A stretch of 61,693 nucleotides of DNA, filler included, from Catajapyx aquilonaris (lineage: Eukaryota), in the NCBI GenBank assembly GCA_000934665.2. It is 3 parts of 3 records of this genome, joined end to end, with 100 filler letters (N's around TTAATTAATTAA, not from the genome) between each part and the next. Parts side by side here need not be neighbours in the genome. Positions count along the whole stretch, not along the records: positions 41,187 to 61,693 come from JYFJ02006252.1; 2 more parts are not named here. The stretch is one strand, 5' to 3'. This document shows, piece after piece, positions 52,331 through 61,693 of this stretch; within the stretch, counting starts at the first letter, position 1, and every line of letters starts with the position of its first letter. The position numbers and the translations under genes were made by a program. The notes beneath the pieces were generated by a model. That model searched no databases and was not told where the DNA came from. It worked only from the letters and a program-made list of their open reading frames with translations.

Positions 52331-54054
52331 ATGTGTCATGACCTTGCTAGTTGCTGTTATCTATTTACTGGGTTCGGTAGCGTTTGTTTGTTTGTTGAAG
52401 AGTTGAAGAGTTGGCTGGGCCTGGAAGCTAGCCTCTTTTTTTTCCAGTTGTAACAGCTTTGAAAACATCGTCTGTCTGAATGGTAGGAAGAGGTTTGCGA
52501 CGTGTTTTTGTCGTTTTATTTGTTCCTATTCTTGTGTCAGTTGTTACTGCTCGGCTGGAAAAACGTCAGCTCGTTCGAGCTGTGCAAGTAGCTGTGTCTG
52601 CAAAAGTCGGTTATCCCTAGTATTATATCAAGACAAAAAGATTCACATGCCAACTTCTATGATGCGAGCGATAAGGCTTCGGACATCTTCTTGCTGTCGA
52701 AAGTCCTTCAGTATGCTGGGCCCACATCTGTCGTGTGAATCTGTCCTCGTACATGTCGCTGACCTAGGTCGGATGCTGATGTAGGATTGAAGGTTTGTAC
52801 TTTGGTGTGTCCACCACACCCCACCTATATTTATAGTAGAATAATTTATCCACACGGAACATAAGAAAAATACACATATTTCGTGATGAAATGTAATGCA
52901 CCGAGTATTAGTTTTATGCAGTCTACTTCCTTGATAAGCGTAGTATAATGTCTTAGTCTAAAAGGTCAAAGACTTGGTGAAATCGTAATTTTCGGATATA
53001 TATTGTTTGGAAAATATTTCTTCGTGCGGAATAATCTGTCAGTTTCTGTCCCACCCTGAGTTATCGTATTTTAATGCCTCGAAAGAGGAAAGAGATGTTT
53101 TCATATGAGAGGATATACATATACTGTATACATCCCTTCTGAAGAGGAATATATTATGAAGCTACTCGTAGCACCCAGATAGCACCCGTGCAGCAGGATA
53201 GTCACATGATTCACCTTTCTGACAATGGCCAGGCGAGTATCTCTTATGCTTTATTCTCTCCCGTCGATGTACACATATAGACTTTGTCGCATACTTTATT
53301 TTTAAATCAACAGGAATAACAGGAAAAATCATCTTCACTTGAAATTATTGACGATGGTACCACGACCATGATGTTGTCGGCTGGGTCAGTATCATGATGT
53401 CATCTTGGTCGGGGTGACCGGCAGGATTCCATGTATGACAAGGGTGCTGAAATATATGTTTGGTTGAAGTTTACATTTGATATTTGATATTTTATTTTAA
53501 ATTGCGGGAGCACAAGTTTTTGTTGTGTGGTCATAAATCCGAGGTCCCTCTGCGTGTAGGGTCATTCGAACATCTATATAATCTGGTATTAAAGGTGGGA
53601 ATGAGGCTGGCCGTTCTGTGGTGTACTTTTCTTCTGGGTATGCTGTGTGACGCCAGGTTCTAAGTGATTCACACTTGGGTCACGGGGAAGGGTACGGACA
53701 GTACTGCGCTATGTCCGGATCTCCGCCAAATCCAAAGTACTCGGAGAGAAGGGTAGATAGTATGGTATTGTTTGATGCCACCCCGACGTCTTTTCTTGTT
53801 GTTACACTTCCCCATCTAGAACTGTACTTTTGTGTGTGTGTAGGCCTGACTTTCGATCAGAACTGAGCTTCGTTCCTGTTTAATTCAACAATCAACTGTA
53901 TGATTGATATGGTTAGTGGGGTAGGTGAAAGCGGAAGATAGTAAGGAGAAGTATCAACCGGCTCAGGGCACAGCATTTTCTTTTGCTGAGGTGTGTGTGT
54001 GTGTGGGGTAGGCGAAAATGAGCTTATTAGAAGATGTATGAAGAGGTTGTGTTC

Positions 54055-54240
54055 TCACATCGGGAGGCAAGTAGTCTGACGATATACCGTAACTTCTTCG
54101 TCTGCAATGTTGACCCTAAGTGGTGTAGCTGGTAATGGACTTGTTAGTAGTGTGGGTGGGATATACGGCTTATATGAATTGAGCCCACCCCTGGATTGCA
54201 CGTTTTTACCCATTTTAAGTGACTGGAGTCTGGCTATCAA
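54055..54240 (-). mobile_element. Non-LTR AP-endonuclease relic
   Basis: RGGLNSYKPYIPPTL...LRVNIADEEVTVY..(Y)LPP resembles the GG..YI...V.I..Y.PP pattern of APE domains. Confidence 0.5.
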
Positions 54241-55999
54241 TGACCTTTGGCGGATAACTTATAAGTTTTGAGATGTTACCAATGATAAAAACCTATCAAC
54301 AGTTCGTTCCGTTGTTATGTATGCGGGTTTTTTTATTACGCTAGAATAAGAGTATAATATTATTATAATATTATATTGATTGTAACAGTGTATCAAGAAA
54401 ATTCCAATTTAATGGCATGTCCGCCTTGATTGTTATTCAGCCGCTTATGTAATGTTGACCGTTACGAATAAACTGTATAACACATGACATTTTATACGTC
54501 GGCTGTTGTTATACCATGTAAATGGGCCACGGGATCTTCCTTCAGGAAGCTATACGCCTTTATATGGAGAAGCTCGTGTCGAGATTGAATTGGGAGCCTC
54601 ACGCCTGGCGAAATGTTACTCCTCAAAACTACTTTAATATTGTAAAATAAAGTTTTACCTCGACATTCTCGGGGAAATTACGCGACGGTGGTCATTAATG
54701 TGACGAGATGCATGTAAAAATAGCCTTATAAAGCCAATTGTTGTACACCGTCAAATAGTCCGGTTATGCAAGCAGTGCAAAATATCTGTAATAAGTTACT
54801 TCATTTTGCGACACTATGACCATCTGTGTGTCTAGTGAAATCGATTCAAATGCGTGATGACCTAACTATGGAAATATTTCCTCCATTTGTTCGGCATCTC
54901 AGCCATCAGTGTCCTCTGTTTTTGCATCAAGGCTCATTGTAGCCTGTGCAAAAGGCGAGTTTCTTGTTTCCGTCTGGCCGTTCTGGCCAAAGGTTTGTGG
55001 CATTACTTGTACTCTTTTTGGCGGCTATTTATGTCACAAGATGCCCTTTAAAGCTATTGTTGGGCCCTATGGTCGGGTCATTCAAGCAGTGCAAAATTTC
55101 TGCAATATTCCATTTTGTGACACTATGACCATCGGTGTCTCGACAATGATATTTTGTTCTCATAATATGACCTGCCTGCAGATTTGCATTGTTAATTCGG
55201 ATACCTTCCAGTGTAAACTCTGGCCATGAAGGGTCAAAAGATCTGTGCTTCTGTGCTCCTTTCCCCTGCACAACAAACATCTCAGTCTCTCCAATATCAC
55301 TGATGTGCCATTCAACGTTTTAATGAAAGAGTTACTTTTTCTTCATTGGTTGGTCTTGATAATAATTCGCTTGCCCACGGTTGTTGGAATATATTTGTCT
55401 AGTAATTGTATTCAACATGAGCACTGTAAGTTATTTATTTCATTATTGCATGGCGTCATTGTCTGAACACACTATAATTTTTGGCAGCGGAAATTATATC
55501 AAACTAATTTATTTACAGCATAGAATGTGATTCTTTCACCTTTTAAGCGTGTGGTGCACTCATGAACTTGATGGCTTCGGTCTCGCTCACAGCCAGAGCG
55601 GTGAGAAGGTTCATCAGGACTAGGACAGCCAGGGATAGGAAGAGGAAGAAGAAGACAAGCTGGCTGGAATCCTATAGGGAAGTCATCAAAGTTCAAGTCT
55701 CTGAACATGATCACGATGGTCTTCATGACTGTTCCGTGCTGTTCCTTTAAATAGTTCATTCTGAAGAAGAATTTTCTTTCGACGCAAATTGTGGCCATGA
55801 CCACTTCGGAATGAGCTATTCTCAAAATCACCATTGTGTCTTCAGCAGGCTGGTGCTTTTAAAAATTGAGATTTGTCTCTTACTCAATATTTCGTAGTGG
55901 CACCAGGTGGCACCTATTAATCACAAAAATCCATTGTTCTCATTGCTACCAACCGGACTATAGCAGCGTAGGAAGCGCCCCATTCTGTTTATTTCAAAT

Positions 56000-56240
56000 T
56001 TATAATAAAGTCAATGTGAGCACATCCTCAAGGACCTCATTGTTTAGGATTCCCTTCCTGCGATAGACTAGATGGTTATCTACCACCAGGTACGGGAAAT
56101 CTTTCTTCGAAATGGAAGTGCACTGGAGAGGGGTACCATAGTACAGATACCTTTTTATCTTGGTGATTTCGGGATCGTTACAGTTAACTGCCACGGCTTT
56201 TTCCACCTTTTCGTCTAGTTACATGTTTTCCAGACGTCGT
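56000..56240 (-). mobile_element. Gypsy-like pol relic (region before the integrase zinc finger)
   Basis: DPEITKIKRYLYYGTP...LVVDNHLVYRRKGIL...EDVL resembles D..L..V...G.P...L....L....I.P...VL..LH. Confidence 0.55.
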
Positions 56241-59218
56241 CGTTGTCGTCAAATGTAGCCGTGGCCTCTCACGTACTGATATAACCGTGCTCGGTGTGGC
56301 AGGAAGAGTTGCTGGTATAGTACCTCTATTTAACTGATCTGCCGTTGTATGTCGGAAAGAGACCCACCTTGTCTCCTATGTGCAAATGTATGATGACCAT
56401 ACCAATAATATATTTATATCCTCCACTTTTTGTTGAACTAAGGCTCTTTGTTGCCTCGCTTCTGCTTGTTTCTATCTGTCTAATGAAGTCAATGCGAATG
56501 TGTGGTGATCTAGCGGAACTATGGAAATATTTCCTTCATTTTTTTTTTTTTTTGCCGCCTCTGCCCCTCAGTCGCCTTTGTTACACCACTCATAGTTGCC
56601 TGTGAGAAAGGCCTGCTTCTTATTTGCATCTCTAATGTTATGGCCAAAGGTTTATGACATTACTTGTACTCTTTATGGCGGTCATTTATTGTAACAAGAT
56701 TCTTGTAAAAGTAGCTCTTTATGGCCATTTTGGTGCACTGTCAAATAGTCGGGTACGTTAGCATTCAATATTTTGGGGCACTATGACCACCGGTGTCTCG
56801 ACAAGGACGTCTTGTTCTCATTCCATGTCGTGCCTGAACAACTGCATGTCCGGGTCTCTGTGAACTCTGTTATCAGCCTCATTCATTTTTGTCCTCCAGT
56901 TTGAGAGTTCATCTGTGTCTCATACCGTCGGACTTGTACTATCACCACTTTTTCCTATGGGGAATCCCTGGTATTTTATCCCAATACATGTGTTATGCGG
57001 GAATTATAATAGACATGAGTTTTTCTGCAGAGATTTTATCGGCCTGCGTGGTTGACAAAAGCAGGTTGAGGCGGGAGGGGTAGCTGGTGTTCTGCTTATA
57101 CTCGTGTAGCCACTAGCAGGTGGTGGTGTGCTGGTCTACTCTCGGCATCAGTGGTGGTGCTATCAGAGTTCCATTTGTCGGAGTTGGTGTTTCACTTAAT
57201 TCCTTCCTCTTCTCCTGCCATTGCCCTGCTAATATCGACTTGGAAAAGAAATCCACTATCAGCTGCCCTCCCTCAATGGTTCCTCGTCATTCAAAAATTA
57301 GATAATATGAAACCACCAGTAAGACTATGCTGCTCGCCTTGGTGTGTATTTTCTGTTCAGGATTTGCTCCTCCTCATTTGGCTTGACACGAAAGTCATTC
57401 AGCAAGACTTACTTCAAGTGCCTGACAGTAGTGTGTTAATGGCGTATTTCCTCTGTTTTTTCTCTCTCAAATGCTGCTATTGTGGGATATCTAGAGCTCG
57501 CATTTGCATGATCTGTCATAGGTTATAGGTCGCAGAATGTACTTCCATTAGACCACTGACACTATGCAGCAGCATCCAACATGCGCTGTTCTTGTTGGGC
57601 ACACTAATTGTTATAAACACGGCGGACATTATTTTCCTGTCCCAGTCCTTGGACGTCTACATCTGGATTTGAATGGTGTCACCTGGGGAACGGCTCTGTA
57701 GGGATTCACTAACCTTAGAAGAACTTTGCCTGCGTGTAGAATGTATTGAAGTCTTTCACGTTAGAAGTTTGCACGTAGCAACTGACAAATTAATTTTGAG
57801 AAAGCTCTTTTGTTAATAAGTAGAAATATTATTTTCATTAAATCTTGGTATTTCTGGGATCATTTTCCAATTTGATTAATATCACCTAACATTTTTCTCC
57901 CCTTCAATTTGTGGCTAGACCTTATGAAGTGGTGGCAATGAAATGTTATGAGAAGAAGTGTTTGATGAAGGGTCATAAAAAATAATTTATGCCTAGAGTT
58001 TCTTGGTAGAGAGTCGCGAAGGTGATCGGCCTTGGTGGTAATGTGATTTATCTGATTCTGGTAGTAATCACTCTTTGTAAAAAAATATAAGTGTAATACA
58101 TAGCATTTTACAAATAGTAGTGCGATGGCTCTATATTAAACTTATCATAAGTTTAATATAGAGCCATCTCAGGAGGATAGTGTAGTATAACAGTGTTATA
58201 CTACACTATCCTCCTGAGACCTGAGAGATATTTGATGATAAACTGATTGATATCAATGTGCTGTGTAGTACATTTTACGTGGATCATCACACACCTAGGT
58301 TGTACTCAATTCAGGAATTAACAGAGGCCATTTTGTGTCATTCAAGTGGCACAAAGTAGGATTACCGTGCGATGTAATACGTGGCATTTTTGAGAGCTCC
58401 TTGTCTAATTTCAGTTTGCATAATACAGTTTTGGGCAATCGGATTTTTTTGGACTGGGGCAATTGTAAAATTGGCCCTTTTTTTGTCCAGCAAAATGTCA
58501 GCAATTGTGAGGACGTAAAAGAACCGGTCAAAGAATGTTACATAAACAGCAATCTTGGATTCTGGGTTTAATTGAATGTTGTAAACATAAAAGCCGAGCA
58601 AGAGCAAAATCGTCCCTTGTCGTTATCCTGCCCTCTTGTTGTGGTCTATTTGGTGGCTTCGGTTGCGTATATAACCTTGTGGTGCATAAACCTTGTTGAA
58701 GAGCTGAATATGTCGGCCATGTCGGCGGTTATAATAGATTTGTACATGAGGCACGGGATCTTCCTCTACGGAGCTACAGTAGATGCCTTTGGATGGATAA
58801 GCTTGTGTGGAGATTGGATTGGGGGCCTCTAAGGCGGGGAAATGTTACTCCAAAACTGCTTAGCATTGAGCGCACTACACGGGAACAGTGTGTCTAGTGA
58901 AGTCGATGCAAAAATGTATGATGACTAATTGTGGACATATTTCACCAATTTGTTCGGCATCTCAGCCATCAACCTTTGTTGCATCAAGGCTCCTCGTAGC
59001 CTGTGCGCAAGGCGAGTTTCTTATTTCCTTCTGTATAATGTTCTGGCCAGAGGTTTATGGCACTACTTGTAGGCCTACTCTTTTTGTCGGCCACTTGTCA
59101 ATACGCATGTAAAAGCCATTGTTGGACCCTGTCAGTCTTAGGAGGTACTTCAATATCAGTTTGGCGATTTTTGATCTCCAATGGTCACCTCCCCACCTCT
59201 AGGTACAATATACTATAG

Positions 59219-59800
59219 TTAGGTGTGTTCCGTGGCAACATCAGAAATATTTTCATAAAGCAAAGTATACGCTAGTGCCCAAATTGGGCCACTATAACCC
59301 ACCGCTGTCACTACCTTGGTGTCAAACTGTTTAATAGCGGTCTTCAACTGCCTGGCTTTTAGCTTGCCCAATGTTCCCAAAGATATATTGTAGGCAGCCT
59401 TGGATTTAGTCACTACTTTATTATGCCATATTTCGATGAATTTCGTACAGGCCACGAATGAGGGAAAAGTCCTCGCTGATTGACATTCTCGTTCCCTTCA
59501 AGTTCTTGGCCCTTATTGGATGACCTCCCTGTCCTTATATCGGAGAAACGCGGCGATTAATGGGGCTCCAATCCTCTGCCTTCCCAACAGGTGCACTCTC
59601 TGGTCCTTATTGACTATATGGATTATCATGGAGCTTGTATTTCCTCCAGAAAATCTCGCAGTTGGGTCTCCGCCTGTTCCCACGTCAAGTTGGCCGCATT
59701 GGATAGAAAGCCATGGAACACAAGGTTATATGTCGCCTTGTGCGGTTTTTTCAGCTTGCTTAAGATTAATTATTGTACAGTCTGCCTCGGCATACTGTCG
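59219..59800 (-). mobile_element. LINE relics: ORF1 fragment fused to an ORF2 C-terminal fragment
   Basis: ORF1-like: NLVFHG...TWEQAETQLRDFL and PLIAAFLRYKDREVI..AKNLKGTRMSISEDFS. Post-RT-like: KAAYNISLG...LKTAIKQFDTKVVTAVGYSGPIWA. Confidence 0.7.
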
Positions 59801-59859
59801 TGCAATGGCAGTGGCGGCAGCAGGAATTTTCAGGGACTTTTTTTTTTTCTGAATTTAAG

Positions 59860-60100
59860 CTGGAAGCGGTTTACCACTTGTGTGTTCACTACCTGTCGCG
59901 GTTTGGAAATCAGTTTATCAAATTCATGAATAATCTTGCACATTTCAGGCGTAGCTCGTTTTTTTCTGTCAGGCCAACCAAACTCCCTGTTATTCCTTTG
60001 TTCATGAGTGTGGGGAAGCTCTGCCCATTTTAATGTCAGCACCAATCCTGTGAAATGCCATCATATGACGATGAGTTAAATGTTCTCTAGTAGAGACACG
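59860..60100 (-). mobile_element. Academ-like DNA transposon relic (paralogous piece at ~43000-43060)
   Basis: Across frameshifts: FHRIGAD..HTHEQ..KGITGSLVGLTEKN..PEMCKIIHEFD. This resembles the DQAHEQNN..GG.VGLTE...PE..R.I.EFE segment I recall from Academ-type proteins. Confidence 0.5.
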
Positions 60101-61532
60101 CTAAGCGCGACAACCTTGGATTGACCGTTGATGACGGCAGAGGTATTGAAGTGGGGGGCGGATTTGAAGTTATACAACTAACTATATTATAAAAAAATGC
60201 GATGATTAAAGCCAGGTTAGTACCGGTACCTGTAAAATATAGTAAGAAAAAATTCCATCAATATTATGTATATATGTAACTAATAATGAATATCGTGACA
60301 GTGATAAATAGTGCAGAAAGGCTCATTATAACACCAGGATTGCATAACGATGTAGCTTTTCTAGGTTTGCAAATGTGCTTTCGTTAATCTATGTATATGA
60401 TTTTATGGTGCCTAGTTATGCTTATGAAATCTCACAGACAGCACTTGGCCAACTCTACTTCAGTGCTTATGTGTCATTCCCTTCTTTAAAGTGGAATCCG
60501 AAGGTAGCAGCGAGACTTCCACTGTGCTAGGGACTGAGTCTCATTCGATTCTCTCTGCCCCACGTCTAAGGAGCGTATCATTTGCTGTGACTTGAAAGTG
60601 ACCCATGAAGTTTGAATATGCTCTGCTCTGTGTTTGTCATTATTGAATTGCTATGTCTGTACCTGAAGGATGTTACATGCAATTAGACAAGACTAGGCGT
60701 CTTCTGTGATACGATGGAAGGGCCTAGGTAGTGCTATACTCTCGGCACATACATGTGCAAATACTGCACAAATTTTCGTATGAATCGGATATGTGTATTC
60801 AATTTTTTCCTATGCGTCATTGTTGTACTTCCCACTGCCATCACTTGCTTTTTAAAAAATGCAATGGTGTAAACCTGAAAAGTGTGAAAATGTTTAGACG
60901 CAACCGTTGCTCTGATTTAATAATGATTGTAGGTTGTGACATTCGCGTCGTTTGTTTATTTACGTGACTTGTGCTATGTCTACAGGCACAATAGTTAAGT
61001 TGACCATTAGTAGAAAAATGATGCAATGTCGTGTTATTATGTCAATGTAGAATAGAAAGGATTGAACTTACCGGTTTAAAAAAAAATCATTTGCGTCATA
61101 GGCATGTTTTGGTTGTAGTCGATTAGGTGGGCTGGTAACCTGGAAATGTTGTTTCCTATAAACTTTTTTGATTGATTTGTACACCGATGGGGTCCCTCAA
61201 CAATTTAAACTTGGTTGTCGCGTCGACAACTTTGGGCAACTACAGCAATAACCATATATCCAAGATGGCCGACCGAAAGAGTGTGAATGTCATATTCTTG
61301 TCTTGCATTGCACTTAGGAAGGTTTTTTTTTCATTTATCTGTTCCATTTCCAACCCACCACTTCATTGGAAACGTCATTAATGATCAAAATTAAACTTGG
61401 CGGCCATATTGCAAGATGGTGACCCATTATATACAGTAACCGTCAGATACGTTACAGATCATAATAAACGCCTGGAAATGTCATACAAACTAAAATTGAG
61501 AATCTGTTATTAATTCTGATTATTATTTTGCA

Positions 61533-61537
<5 letters not shown>

Positions 61538-61591
<54 letters not shown>

Positions 61592-61635
61592 CAACGGATA
61601 CCCCGTGATAGGCCTCCTTGGGCCTCTTAGGGGAT
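61538..61635 (-). repeat. (AAT)n tract plus SINE/LINE-type 3' end
   Basis: The (AAT)n run is followed by ATACCCCGTGATAGG...TTAGGGG, the same 3'-end motif as the SINEs at 1764 and 32274. Confidence 0.7.
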
Positions 61636-61693
61636 CATCTTTTGAATAACCGTCTTTAATCATTGCCTTTGCTGTGATGGATTTTGATTGCGG

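Noticed and set aside
49930..59090. CRISPR-like array or viral multigene family explaining the recurring modules
   Set aside because: The repeats are long, diverged and irregularly spaced, the context is eukaryotic, and translations are broken in all frames and best resemble hAT transposase.
43000..60100. Integrated Polinton/Maverick or large DNA virus
   Set aside because: No convincing pPolB, capsid, ATPase or protease motifs, no long ORFs and no terminal inverted repeats found.

Overview
Eukaryotic, probably arthropod/insect, genomic DNA. It is three ~20.5-kb contigs (1-20505, 20606-41086, 41187-61693) joined by artificial 100-bp N-TTAATTAATTAA-N spacers, so adjacency across the spacers means nothing. 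Contig 1 has a minus-strand multi-exon IFT56/TTC26 gene (3' end not found) that appears to have a ~350-aa extra N-terminal exon; its introns and flanks hold tRNA-derived SINEs and nested MITEs/DNA transposons. Contig 2 has the 3' part (13 exons) of a WDR62/MAPKBP1 gene on the plus strand, tail-to-tail with the 3' end of a mitochondrial-type alanyl-tRNA synthetase gene. In contig 3 I found no host gene. It is a dense mosaic of short, indel-riddled relics of many unrelated transposon classes (Gypsy, non-LTR, hAT-like, Academ-like), almost all on the minus strand, and several modules recur as diverged, shuffled direct copies. This is the architecture of a flamenco-like uni-strand piRNA cluster and is the most interesting candidate in the window. 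All family assignments come from motifs recognised by eye, not from database searches.
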